This document shows, one piece after another, positions 18,066 through 28,117 of a DNA stretch of 64,000 nucleotides (positions are counted from its first letter, which is position 1; the number at the start of each line of letters is the position of its first letter). The notes beneath the pieces were generated by a model. It had not been told where the DNA came from. It saw only the letters and a program-made list of their open reading frames with translations, and did no database searches. The stretch lies in the NCBI GenBank assembly GCA_963724955.1, contig CAVRWQ010000012.1, positions 211,514 through 275,513 on the forward strand. The letters run 5' to 3'. The position numbers and the translations under genes are program-made. This stretch comes from an uncultured Acidobacteriota bacterium (GTDB lineage Bacteria > Acidobacteriota > Vicinamibacteria > Vicinamibacterales > SCN-69-37).

Positions 18066-20330
18066 CAGACGGCCTTGTACCGGTCGCGCAGTCGCTGGCG
18101 AACCAGCTCGGCGATCGTGTTGATGGTGAACGTCATGATGAAAAGGAGCGCGCCCGACAGAAACAGCGTTCGGTACAAGCGACCCGCCCTGCGGCGCCTC
18201 GGGGATTTCCACGGCGATGTTGGCCGAGAGCGTGCGAAATCCGTTGAACATCGACCAATCGAGCACCGGCGTGTTGCCCGTCGCCATGAGCACGATCATC
18301 GTCTCGCCGACGGCGCGCCCGAAGCCGACCATGATGGCCGAAAAGACGCCCGGGCTGGCGGTCGGGATCACGACGCGCACGGCCGTCTGCCAGCGGCTGG
18401 CGCCGAGCGCGAGCGACGCGGCCGACAGCGTGGCGGGCACGCTCGAAAACGCGTCCTCGGAGATCGTGAAGATGATCGGAATGACGGCGAAGCCCATCGC
18501 CAAACCCACGACGAGGCTGTTGCGCTGGTCATAGGTGATGCCCAGCGACGTCGACAGCCATTGACGCGCATCGCCGGCGAACAGGGCGCCTTCGACCGCC
18601 GGCGCGATCATCAGGGCGATCCAGGCGCCCAGGAGGATCAGCGGGATGATGACCAGCAGTTCCGCGCCGACTTTCAGGCGACGCTGAATCGCCCCCGGCA
18701 AGAGACGCCAGAGGAGGAACCCTGACGTGCCGAAGATCGGCAGCGTGACGATGAGCAGCATCACGGCGACAAGGTTGCGTTCGACCACCGGCGCCAGGTA
18801 CAGGCCGGCGACGAAGCCAATCACGACGCTCGGCAGCGCCGCCATGATCTCGACGGTCGGCTTGATGCGCGCGCGAATGGTCGGGTGCACGAACTGGGAG
18901 GTGTAGAGCGCGCCGAGCACCGCGAGCGGAATCGCGAAGATGAGCGCGTAGAACGTGCCCTTGATCGTGCCGAAGACCAGCGGCACCAGACTGATCTTGG
19001 GCTCGAAGTCGTCGGTGGCGCCGGTGGACTGCCAGACGTACTCGGGCTTCGCGTAGCCCTCGTACCAGACTTTCCCGAACAGCGTGTGCCAGCTCACCTC
19101 GGGATGCGGATTGGCGACGGCAAACTGATCGATGACGCCGCTCGCCCGAGCGACGAGCAGCCCGTCGCTCCGGGGGGTCATGACGAAGTGACCGACCGCC
19201 TGAGTGCCTGGCACGCTGACCAGCGTTCGTCCCGACGTCTGGTGGCGCAGCACGATTTCGCCATCCTGGCTGGCGGTCGCAAATGTCCGGTCTCGTGTGG
19301 ACGCCGCGATCGCGGTGATCGCGGACCGCTGCGGCTCGAACTCGAACGCCCGCACCAGCTTGAGCGTGTCGTCCGCCCCGGCCGGCGCGCGGAACCACGC
19401 GCTGACGTGGCCGTCGGCGCTTCCGGCGATGAGCGTGCGTTCGCCAATCACGTACCCGAGCGCGGTGATGGCGGCAGGACCGACCCTGGCTGCGTCCACA
19501 CGCGTGGCGGTCTCTTCGAGCTCCCAGACGAAAACGTCGCCCCGGTCCGTTCCCGCGATGGCCGTCCCGGTGCGTCCCACCGCGATCGCGGTGACGACGC
19601 CGCCGTCGCCGGTCACGACCTGCTGGCGCGTGGCGCCGCCCTCCTCGGCCCACCAGAGCACGACCTCGATGTCGGACGTCTGCGCGGCGACGATCTTGCG
19701 GTCGCCCTCCTCGAGATACGCCACGCGGCGAATCGGCCGCCTGGCCGGGTCGATCGCGACGAGGCCGCGGTCGACGACGTCGACCTTCACGTCCTTGACC
19801 TCGCCGCCCTCGTGCACGGGCGTGAACCGCACTTGAATCAGCGCCACGCGCCCGTCGTTCGTGCCGAGCGCGACGAAGTCGTTGCTCAACGAACGCGAAG
19901 ACGCCGTGATCGACGCGCCGGCGATCGGCGCCACGGGCCGATCGAACACGCGGGCGCCCGTGTCGGGGGCGTGGAACGACACGGTCCCGTTCCCGTCCAC
20001 GCGGTAGATATACCGTCGCGACTCGTCCACCCCGAGCGCCGCCATCGTCGACGAGGTGTTGGCGGCGAGACCCGCCAGCGTGACGACACCTGTCGGCGTC
20101 GCCTTCGCTGCCCGGAACAACGGAATCGCTTCGGCGGCGATGAAGACGAGAATCCCGATGACGCTTGCGACGACCGCCACGCCGCCAAACGTGATGACGC
20201 TGACGGCGAGCCGATCGATCTGCTTGAGACGCCTGATGCGCCCGACCGCCGCCGCCATCTGACGGCGAACGCTCGATTCGGGTGCGGCGGCCGCCGCGAC
20301 GGCGTTTGTGGGCCCCGAGGTAGCGCTCAT
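18065..20330 (-). CDS. pstC: Phosphate ABC transporter permease PstC, long form with an N-terminal periplasmic repeat domain of about 440 aa; one extra base near 18180
   Basis: MSATSGP...; permease core ...[44 protein letters not shown]. After ...QGGSL, a 1-nt shift restores [36 protein letters not shown]-stop, which overlaps the pstA ATG. Confidence 0.85.
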
Positions 20331-20360
20331 GACGACACCGGCAGCGCGGCGCGCGACCGA

Positions 20361-21344
20361 TTATTTGATCTTGGCCAGCTCCTCCTGCACCTGCTTGCTG
20401 AGAAGCGGCATGTAGCCGTCCTTCACCACGACTTCCTGACCTTCACGGCTGAGCATCAGCTTCAGGAATTCGAAGGGCAGCGGGTCCAGTGGCTTGTTGG
20501 GCGCCTTGTTGACGTAGAGGTAGAGAAATCGGCTCAACGGGTACTTGCCGCTGGTCACCTCTTCGTAGGAGCCCTCGAAGTACGGCCCCGCCTCGGTCTC
20601 GGCCAGCGGCACCGCTCGCACGCCGGACGTCCGATAGCCGGCGCCGCTGTAGCCGATGCCGAACCGATCCTCGGTCACGCCCTGGACGACGGAGGCCGAG
20701 CCGGGCTGCTCCTTGACGGTGTCCTTGTAGTCGCCGTTCTTCAGGACGATCTCCTTGAAGTACCCGTAGGTCCCGCTCGCCGAATTGCGGCCGTAGAGGC
20801 CGATCGGCCGGTTCGCCCAGTCACCCGTGAGTCCCAGGTGGCCCCATGTCGCCACGTTCTGCTTGTAGCCGCGGCGGCGGCTCTTCCCGAAGATCGCCTC
20901 GACCTGCGCCAGCGTCAGCTGCTTGATCGGGTTATCGCGATGCACGTACACCGACAGCGCGTCATAGCTCGTGCGGATCTCTGTCGGCTTGTAGCCGTAG
21001 CGCTGCTGGAACTGATCGATCTCGGTCGATCGCATCTGGCGCGACATGGGACCGAACTGCGCGGTGCCCGCGATCAGCGCGGGCGGTGCGGTCGACGAGC
21101 CCTTGCCTTCGACCTGCACCTTGATGTTCGGATAGAACTTCCGGAAGGTCTCGGCCCAGAGCGTCATCAGGTTGTTCATCGAGTCGGATCCGATGCTGCT
21201 GAGACTTCCCGACACGCCGCTGGCCTTCTGATACGCGGGCACGGACGGGTCGACTTTGACGAGTTGAGTTGCCGAAACGGCGACCGCAGCAACGGACGCC
21301 GCCGCGACAGCGACGAGAACACGATTCATGATCGGTCCCTCCAA
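20361..21344 (-). CDS. pstS: PstS-family phosphate-binding protein
   Basis: Signal peptide, then SIGSDSMNNLMTLWAETFRKFYPNIKVQVEGKGSSTAPPALIAGTAQFGPMSR. An alternative ATG start lies at 21329. Confidence 0.85.
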   Translation of the reverse strand: MEGPIMNRVLVAVAAASVAAVAVSATQLVKVDPSVPAYQKASGVSGSLSSIGSDSMNNLMTLWAETFRKFYPNIKVQVEGKGSSTAPPALIAGTAQFGPMSRQMRSTEIDQFQQRYGYKPTEIRTSYDALSVYVHRDNPIKQLTLAQVEAIFGKSRRRGYKQNVATWGHLGLTGDWANRPIGLYGRNSASGTYGYFKEIVLKNGDYKDTVKEQPGSASVVQGVTEDRFGIGYSGAGYRTSGVRAVPLAETEAGPYFEGSYEEVTSGKYPLSRFLYLYVNKAPNKPLDPLPFEFLKLMLSREGQEVVVKDGYMPLLSKQVQEELAKIK

Positions 21345-21418
21345 GATGCGCCGGTGGCGTGGAACCCCGAAGCGTACGCCTGCCGTGCAACAACGGCGTA
21401 AACGCCCCCCGCCATCTG

Positions 21419-22894
21419 CTAGAAAATGAACTGCGACTGCATGCGGAACTCGTAGTCCTTTCGCGTGGTGCCCGCGGCCGCGCCCAGTCCGGTCCCGAGC
21501 CGGCCGACGTCGGCCTGGAACTTCAGCGTGTGCCGGCGGTAGTAGTAGCTGATCCCCCCGCGAATCTCGTCCAGGGTGTCGTTGCCCAGCCGGCTGTTGA
21601 CGTCGCGTGAGCCGTAGCGGAAGGACGCCTCCCAGGTGCGGAACTGGTTCAGCATCACCCCGAACTGAATGAAGCCGCCGTCGGCGTTGAACTTGTTGCC
21701 CGTTTCAGGCGTGCGCTTCCGGTAGTAGTACTCGCCGGTGGCGAAAATGCCCTTGTACTTGTAGATGCCGTCGATGCCAAAGACGTCGGACTTGAGGTCG
21801 TTGCCGGTCGTCGTTCGATGGAAGTCGTTGTGCTCGTAATTGAACGCGAACGCGTAGATCGGCACGATCGTCGACTCGAAATCGGACTCCGAATAGAGCG
21901 CGCCGCTGATCCACGCTCGCTGCGCGAGCGGCTGGCTGCCGTTGGGCTGCCACATCAGGCGAACGTTCGACTGGAACGACGCGTTGTCATTGAGCGTCCG
22001 CGTCAACCCGTTGCCGTTGAAGATCCCCGCGCGGTATTCGATCGTGTTGTTGCGCAGCGCGCCCTGGACGGCGACCCCTGTGTCGCGGCCTCGCGAGAGA
22101 TCGCCGGAGCCGATCCATCGATCCACCATCGACTGGTTGCCCGACGACGTCATCTCCTGGCGGCCGAACGGCACTTTGAACTGGCCGAACAGCACGCGGA
22201 ACTTGCCGCTCCCGGTCGGGTCGACCGCGATTTGCGCGTCTTCCAGGATCGCCCCGATGTTGGCGCCGGTGAGCGCGGGCCAGTTGAGCTGCAGCTCGTA
22301 CGAGATCTTCGGTTGCGTGATCGGAGCGGGGGCGACGCCCGGCGGGTGGAAGAGCCAGCCCTCGAGCTTGAACTTCGCGCGCCGGATCCGGAACGAGCCT
22401 CTCGAATCCCCAGGCCCACCGGTGCCGGGCAGCGTGATCGTGTCGTCCGGAAAATCGTGCGAGTAGCGGACCTGGATGCGGTTCGACATCTCGAGGTACG
22501 CGAGGTCCGTCGTGATGCGGGTTTTTCCGTCGCGCCACTCGACGCGCTGGGTGGGCACAATCGGATCCGGGACCACCTCCGACAGGCCGTGCTTGAAATA
22601 GAAGAGCTGCAGCGCGCGCTCGCTGTCGCCGACGACCGTCTCGCCCTTGGGTCCCGAGCCCGGCCGCGTCAGCGCCCTCCCCATCTCACCGGAAGCCTCG
22701 AACCGCGTGGCCTCGTCGGGGATGTTGAAGACGTAGATTCGATCGTCCTTCCGAATCTCCTTGTAATACAGGCCCCAACTGGTCGGCACGGGGTTCGCCC
22801 CCTGCTGACCCCACGCAAGCGCCGCCGGAACCAGCAGCGCGACCATCGTCACGGCTGAAACAAACCACTGACGTACCCGGCTCATCCGCACCAC
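21419..22894 (-). CDS. Outer-membrane porin, phosphate-selective porin O/P-like
   Basis: Signal peptide ...LLVPAALAWGQQ, beta-barrel-like sequence ending ...RMQSQFIF, position directly upstream of pstS. GAGGA RBS before the GTG at 22894. Confidence 0.7.
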   Translation of the reverse strand: MVRMSRVRQWFVSAVTMVALLVPAALAWGQQGANPVPTSWGLYYKEIRKDDRIYVFNIPDEATRFEASGEMGRALTRPGSGPKGETVVGDSERALQLFYFKHGLSEVVPDPIVPTQRVEWRDGKTRITTDLAYLEMSNRIQVRYSHDFPDDTITLPGTGGPGDSRGSFRIRRAKFKLEGWLFHPPGVAPAPITQPKISYELQLNWPALTGANIGAILEDAQIAVDPTGSGKFRVLFGQFKVPFGRQEMTSSGNQSMVDRWIGSGDLSRGRDTGVAVQGALRNNTIEYRAGIFNGNGLTRTLNDNASFQSNVRLMWQPNGSQPLAQRAWISGALYSESDFESTIVPIYAFAFNYEHNDFHRTTTGNDLKSDVFGIDGIYKYKGIFATGEYYYRKRTPETGNKFNADGGFIQFGVMLNQFRTWEASFRYGSRDVNSRLGNDTLDEIRGGISYYYRRHTLKFQADVGRLGTGLGAAAGTTRKDYEFRMQSQFIF

Positions 22895-22989
22895 GGCAGC
22901 TCCTCAGGGGGCGACAGGGCCCGCGCTGGGCCAAGCCTAGGGGCGCCGTGTTACGTGAAGGGGTCGGGCCTGTTACGGCCGTGTGTACT

Positions 22990-24033
22990 TCAGCGCAGGC
23001 TTTCCATGATCTCGTCGAGGACGGCCTTTGGCGGTCGTACGGTGTCCGCCGGCAGGAACGCCAGCGGCGTCTCGGTGAGATTCAGGGTATCGATGAAGTC
23101 GTCCTTGTCCGGCTCGATGTAGAGGATGCCGGTCGCGAACTCGCCGCGGCGCGCCGTCTCGTGGAGCAGGCGCATGGCGGAGATCTTGTCGGATGGGTTG
23201 TAGTCTTCGGCGACCTTGCGGAGGAACAGCGACGAGCCGTCGTGCATCTTCACGGCGGTCGTCGAGCCGGCCTCGTATTCGATTTTGATGTCCTCGAAGT
23301 ACGGCACGAAGCTGATCTCGCCGAGCGGTTCGTCGTGGTCCTTCACGTACGAGTAGCTCTTGGTCGAGCCGTCGTGGTCGTTGAAGGTGACGCACGGCGA
23401 GATGACGTCGATCATCGACGTCCCGCGGTGCGAGATGGCGGCCTTGAGGACCGTCAGCAACTGCTTCTTGTCGCCCGAGAACGACCGCGCGACGAGCGAC
23501 GCGCCCAGCTCGATCGCGAGCAGGCACGTGTCGATCGGCGGCAGGTCGTTCACGACGCCGTTCTTGGCCTTCGAGCCGAGATCGGCCGTCGGCGAGAACT
23601 GCCCCTTGGTCAGGCCGTAGCACCCGTTGTCTTCGATGATGTAGATGAGCGGCAGGTTGCGCCGCATGAGGTGCACGAACTGGCCGATGCCGATGGCGCC
23701 GGTGTCACCGTCGCCGCTCACGCCAATCGCGAGCATGTCCTTGTTGGCGAGCACCGCGCCGGTCGCGACGGACGGCATCCGGCCGTGCACCGAGTTGAAC
23801 CCGTGCGACGGATTCAGGAAATAGGCGGGGCTCTTGCTCGAGCAGCCGATGCCCGAGAGCTTGATGACCCGCTTCGGATCGACGCCCATCTCGAAAAACG
23901 CGTCGATGATGCGTTCCGAAATCGCGTTGTGCCCGCACCCCGCGCACAGCGTCGTCTTGCTGCCGCGATACGAGGTCACGTCCAGGTTGATGCGGTTCGT
24001 GCGCTTGCCGGGTGTCGGGGTTTCGGTGCTCAT
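22990..24033 (-). CDS. korB: 2-oxoacid:ferredoxin oxidoreductase, beta subunit
   Basis: CAGCGHNAI and the TPP motif GDGDTGAIG. Intact 347 aa. The ATG overlaps the korA stop. Confidence 0.9.
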   Translation of the reverse strand: MSTETPTPGKRTNRINLDVTSYRGSKTTLCAGCGHNAISERIIDAFFEMGVDPKRVIKLSGIGCSSKSPAYFLNPSHGFNSVHGRMPSVATGAVLANKDMLAIGVSGDGDTGAIGIGQFVHLMRRNLPLIYIIEDNGCYGLTKGQFSPTADLGSKAKNGVVNDLPPIDTCLLAIELGASLVARSFSGDKKQLLTVLKAAISHRGTSMIDVISPCVTFNDHDGSTKSYSYVKDHDEPLGEISFVPYFEDIKIEYEAGSTTAVKMHDGSSLFLRKVAEDYNPSDKISAMRLLHETARRGEFATGILYIEPDKDDFIDTLNLTETPLAFLPADTVRPPKAVLDEIMESLR

Positions 24034-25898
24034 AGTTTGTCGTAGCGCGGGACTTCAGTCCCGCGCACCTTTTCCTGCTCGTTCACCGCGTCCGTGATGC
24101 TGCGCGCGTCGATGGGCAGTCCGTTGTAGTGGAGCACGCTGCGCAGCTTCGCGATCAGCGCCGGCTCGAGATTCATGCGCAGCAGGCTCATCATCTGCGC
24201 GTCGCGGTTCTGTTCGACGACGTACACGCGATCGTGGACGCGGATAAACGCGTCGAGCTCCGGCGTGAACGGATACGCGCGGAGGCGAAGGTACGAAGTC
24301 TTCAGCCCGGTCTCTTCGCGAAGCTGATCACGCGACTCCTCCATCGCCCAGTGGGTCGATCCGAACGCGATGAAGCCGACGGTCGCCCCCGTTTCAGACT
24401 CGACCACGGGCGCCGGCACCAGTGACTTGGCGGTGTCGAACTTGCGCCGCAGCCGGTCGAGGTTCTTGACGTAGTCGTCCGGCCGTTCGGTGTACTGGGC
24501 CATCTCGTTGTGGCCCGATCCGCGCGTGAAGTACGCCGGAGCGCCAGTGCCGGGCAGCGTGCGCCACGGGATGCCGTCGCCGTCGAGATCCTTGTAGCGG
24601 CCCCAGGACGCGCCGATCTCGCGCACCTTCGCCTCGTCGAGGACCTTCCCGCGATCGAACGGCTTTTCCGGATACGTGAACGGCTGCGACATCCACGTGT
24701 TCATCCCGAGGTCGAGATCGCTCATCACGTAGATGATCGTCTGGAGCCGCTCGGCGAGGTCGAAGGCCCCCATCGCCATCTCGTAGCACTCCTCCGCCGA
24801 GGACGGAAGCAGCAGCACGTGTTGCGTGTCGCCGTGGGAGTTTATCGCCGTGAACAGGATGTCGCCTTGCGCCGTCCGCGTCGGCAGGCCCGTTGACGGC
24901 CCGACCCGCTGAATGTCGAAGACGACCGCGGGGAGCTCGGCGTAGTACGCCAGGCCGGCGAACTCGGACATGAGCGAAATGCCGGGCCCGGACGTGGACG
25001 TCATCGCCCGCGCGCCAGCCCAGCTTGCGCCGACCACCATGCCGATCGCGGCGATCTCGTCTTCTGCCTGGACGATGGCGAACGTCGCCTTGCCGGTCTC
25101 CTTGTCCATGCGGTACTTCCGCATGTAGCCAATCAGCGTCTCGGGGAGCGACGAGGACGGCGTAATCGGATACCAGGCGACGACGGTGACGCCGGCGAAC
25201 ATGCAGCCCATGGCGGCCGCGGCGTTGCCGTCGACCAGGATCTGCCCCGCGGTCTTGTTCATCCGCTCGACCCGGTAGGGGTCCAGCTTCTCGAAGTGGT
25301 CCGCGGCGTACTTGCGGCCGCCTTCGAGCGCGCTCATGTTGAGCTGCATCGCCTTCAGCTTCTTGCCAAGCTGGCGCGCAAGGGCCAGCTCCATCTCACC
25401 CAGCTCGATCGAGAGCAGGTGCGACAGGATGCCGTCGTAGATCATGTTCTTCACGAGGCGTCGCAGCTTGGCGTCCGGACAGACCTCCGCGACGATCTTG
25501 TCGAACGGCACCGGATAGAAGACCAGGTCGCTCCGGAGCGCATTGAGCTTGAGCGGCTCGTCGTACACGACGGCCCGACCCGGCTCGAGCGAGAGCACGT
25601 CCTCCCGCGCCGTCTCCGGGTTCATCGCGACGAGAAAATCGATCTCTTTCTTGCGGCTGACGTAGCCGCGGTGGTTCGCCCGGATCGTGTACCAGGTCGG
25701 GAGGCCGGCGATGTTCGAGGGGAACAGGTTCTTGCCCGACACCGGCACCCCCATCTGGAAGATGGAGCGCAGCAGGACGAGGTTGGCGGTCTGGCTTCCC
25801 GAGCCGTTCACGGTCGCGACCTGAATGCTGAAGTCGTTGACGACGTGCGACCGCTGGGCGGCCTCTGCGGGAGCCGGGCTGGGCAGGGTGGAGCTCAT
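24030..25898 (-). CDS. korA: 2-oxoacid:ferredoxin oxidoreductase, alpha subunit
   Basis: Intact 622 aa. FSIQVATVNGSGSQTAN..., ...AWYPITPSSSL... Confidence 0.9.
   Translation of the reverse strand: MSSTLPSPAPAEAAQRSHVVNDFSIQVATVNGSGSQTANLVLLRSIFQMGVPVSGKNLFPSNIAGLPTWYTIRANHRGYVSRKKEIDFLVAMNPETAREDVLSLEPGRAVVYDEPLKLNALRSDLVFYPVPFDKIVAEVCPDAKLRRLVKNMIYDGILSHLLSIELGEMELALARQLGKKLKAMQLNMSALEGGRKYAADHFEKLDPYRVERMNKTAGQILVDGNAAAAMGCMFAGVTVVAWYPITPSSSLPETLIGYMRKYRMDKETGKATFAIVQAEDEIAAIGMVVGASWAGARAMTSTSGPGISLMSEFAGLAYYAELPAVVFDIQRVGPSTGLPTRTAQGDILFTAINSHGDTQHVLLLPSSAEECYEMAMGAFDLAERLQTIIYVMSDLDLGMNTWMSQPFTYPEKPFDRGKVLDEAKVREIGASWGRYKDLDGDGIPWRTLPGTGAPAYFTRGSGHNEMAQYTERPDDYVKNLDRLRRKFDTAKSLVPAPVVESETGATVGFIAFGSTHWAMEESRDQLREETGLKTSYLRLRAYPFTPELDAFIRVHDRVYVVEQNRDAQMMSLLRMNLEPALIAKLRSVLHYNGLPIDARSITDAVNEQEKVRGTEVPRYDKL
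24038..24068. repeat. REP-like hairpin (TGTCGTAGCGCGG family) inside the last codons of korA
   Basis: TGTCGTAGCGCGGGACTTCAGTCCCGCGCAC. Stem GCGCGGGAC (24045-24053) / GTCCCGCGC (24058-24066), loop TTCA. Confidence 0.8.
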
Positions 25899-25919
25899 CA
25901 GATGATTTATTTTATCGCG

Positions 25920-26795
25920 TTATCTGGCGCCGAGCGCGTCCTGGACCGCCCGGCCGATGTCCGCCGGACTCTTGACGACCGTCACGCCGGCATCGGCGAG
26001 CGCCGCCATCTTCTCGGCGGCCGTGCCCTTCCCTCCCGCGATGATCGCCCCGGCGTGGCCCATGCGGCGCCCCGGGGGCGCCGTCTGCCCGGCGATAAAC
26101 CCCACCACCGGCTTCTTGAACGACGCCTTGACGTAGGCCGCGGCCTCTTCTTCCGCGCTGCCGCCGATCTCGCCGATGAGCACGACCGCCTCGGTCTCCG
26201 CGTCCGCCGCGAAGAGCCTCAGGACGTCGATGAACGAGGTCCCGATCAACGGATCACCGCCGATTCCGATGCACGTCGTCTGGCCCAGGCCCAGCCCCGA
26301 CAACTGATGAATCGCCTCGTAGGTCAGCGTGCCGCTCTTGGACACGATGCCGACGCGACCCGGCTTGCAGATGTGGCCCGGGATGATGCCGGCCTTCGCC
26401 TGTCCCGCCGTGATGACGCCGGGACAGTTCGGGCCAACCAGCCGCATCGGTGTCTGCCGCATGAACGCCAGCGCCCGCATCATGTCGATCGTCGGAATGC
26501 CTTCCGTGATGCAGACCGCGAGCGCGAGTCCGGCATCGGCGGCCTCCATCACCGCGTCGGCGCCGCCGGCCGGCGGCACGAAGATGACCGAGGCATTGGC
26601 GCCCGTCGCTCGAACAGCCCCGGCGACCGTGTCGAACACCGGCCAGCCTTCATGCGTGGTGCCGCCCTTACCGGGCGTCACGCCGCCGACGACGTTCGTG
26701 CCATAGGCCTGCGCCGCTTTGGCGTGAAACGTGCCTTCCCGGCCGGTGAGACCCTGGACCAGGAGACGCGTGGACTTATCGATTAGTACAGACAT
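25920..26795 (-). CDS. sucD: Succinyl-CoA synthetase alpha subunit
   Basis: [24 protein letters not shown]...; start taken at the internal ATG (26795) of ORF 25920..26852. Confidence 0.95.
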   Translation of the reverse strand: MSVLIDKSTRLLVQGLTGREGTFHAKAAQAYGTNVVGGVTPGKGGTTHEGWPVFDTVAGAVRATGANASVIFVPPAGGADAVMEAADAGLALAVCITEGIPTIDMMRALAFMRQTPMRLVGPNCPGVITAGQAKAGIIPGHICKPGRVGIVSKSGTLTYEAIHQLSGLGLGQTTCIGIGGDPLIGTSFIDVLRLFAADAETEAVVLIGEIGGSAEEEAAAYVKASFKKPVVGFIAGQTAPPGRRMGHAGAIIAGGKGTAAEKMAALADAGVTVVKSPADIGRAVQDALGAR

Positions 26796-26804
26796 TCGGG
26801 ATCC

Positions 26805-26870
26805 TGTCGTAGCGCGGCTCGACCTTCGAGCCGCGTCGTCATGGCGCGCCAAAACCCGGCGCGCCCTACG
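26805..26870. repeat. Pair of REP-like hairpins in inverted orientation (BIME-like)
   Basis: TGTCGTAGCGCGGCTCGACCTTCGAGCCGCG, then GGCGCGCCAAAACCCGGCGCGCCCTACG. Fills the sucC-sucD spacer. Confidence 0.8.
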
Positions 26871-28026
26871 TGGCCAGCTTCACAACTCTCTCTGCCGCTT
26901 CGCCCATCGAATCGGCCGTCGTGAAGTTGAGGCCGCTCTCTTTCAGCATCTGCTTGCCGAGCTCGACGTTGGTGCCTTCCATGCGGATGACGATCGGCAC
27001 GCGGACGCCAAGATCGGTGACCGCCGCGATCACGCCCTGCGCGAGCACGTCGCACCGGAGGATGCCGCCGAAGATGTTGATGAGCACGGCCTTGACGCTC
27101 TTGTCGGACATCAGGATGCGGAAGGCGTTCTTGATCTGCTCGGCATTCGCCCCGCCGCCGACGTCCAGGAAGTTCGCCGGCTCCCCTCCCGCCAGCTTGA
27201 TGATGTCCATCGTCGCCATGGCGAGGCCGGCGCCGTTGACCATGCAGCCGATGGTGCCGTCGAGCTTGATGTAGTTCAGTGAGAACTTCGAGGCCTCGAT
27301 CTCGAGCGGTTCCTCTTCGCTGAGGTCGCGGAGCTCCTTCAGTTCAGCGTGACGGAAGAGCGCGTTGTCGTCGAAGTTGATCTTGGCGTCGAGCGCGATG
27401 AGGTCGCCGCTCTTCGTCACGATGAGCGGGTTGATTTCGACGAGCGACGCGTCAGTGCCCAGGAACGCCTGGTAGACCGACATCATCATCCGCACGGCCT
27501 TCCCCACCTGATCGCCTTTCAGGCCGAGACCGAACGCGAGCTGCCGGGCCTGGAAGGCCTGCAGACCAATCGCGGGGTCGATGAACGCCTTGAAGATGCG
27601 GTCCGGCGTCTCGGCGGCGACTTTCTCGATCTCGACGCCGCCATCCGGGCTTGCCATCAGGACGGGCTTCTGTGTGGATCGATCGATCACGAGCCCGAGG
27701 TAGAGCTCGCGCTCGATGTCGAGTCCCTGCTCCACGAGCACGCGGGACACGCGCTGTCCGGCCGGCCCCGTCTGGTAGGTCACGAGCTGCATCCCGAGAA
27801 TTGCGGACGCCGCGTCATGCGCGGCCGCCGCGTTCTTGACCACTTTCACGCCGCCGCCTTTGCCCCGGCCTCCGGCGTGGATCTGCGCTTTGACCACCAC
27901 GACGCCGCCGCCGAGGCGCTCGGCGCCTGCACGCGCCTCGTCCGCAGTCCCGGCCACTTCGCCGCGCGGAATCGGAACGCCGTAGCGGCCCAGAATCTCC
28001 TTGCCCTGGTACTCGTGAATCTTCAT
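26866..28026 (-). CDS. sucC: Succinyl-CoA synthetase beta subunit
   Basis: [22 protein letters not shown]...; intact 386 aa. Confidence 0.95.
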   Translation of the reverse strand: MKIHEYQGKEILGRYGVPIPRGEVAGTADEARAGAERLGGGVVVVKAQIHAGGRGKGGGVKVVKNAAAAHDAASAILGMQLVTYQTGPAGQRVSRVLVEQGLDIERELYLGLVIDRSTQKPVLMASPDGGVEIEKVAAETPDRIFKAFIDPAIGLQAFQARQLAFGLGLKGDQVGKAVRMMMSVYQAFLGTDASLVEINPLIVTKSGDLIALDAKINFDDNALFRHAELKELRDLSEEEPLEIEASKFSLNYIKLDGTIGCMVNGAGLAMATMDIIKLAGGEPANFLDVGGGANAEQIKNAFRILMSDKSVKAVLINIFGGILRCDVLAQGVIAAVTDLGVRVPIVIRMEGTNVELGKQMLKESGLNFTTADSMGEAAERVVKLAT

Positions 28027-28117
28027 CGCGAGCGAAAGTTTATTGAAAGTTGCGCAGGTCGATCAAGCGAATCCCTGTGGTACGCTGAGCCTCCTCGGCT
28101 CAGCGTTGAGGTCGCCA

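Noticed and set aside
15564-20330. 1588-aa ORF on the - strand that looks like a giant fusion protein
   Set aside because: It is pstC, pstA and pstB read through. The protein-like stretches alternate with Arg/Ala/Pro-rich out-of-frame stretches. The normal stop and start overlaps are found once single-base shifts (near 18180 and 17270) are allowed.
18885-21401. 838-aa ORF on the + strand
   Set aside because: It is antisense to pstC and pstS. The composition is Arg/Asp/His-rich and typical of shadow ORFs in GC-rich DNA, with no recognisable motifs.
22940-22985. Pho box upstream of the porin gene
   Set aside because: Two TGTTAC (GTAACA) hexamers lie 22 bp apart, which is reminiscent of phased PhoB/PhoP half-sites. 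However, the match to any consensus I know is weak, the intermediate 11-bp unit is not conserved, and no similar motif is visible upstream of pstS.
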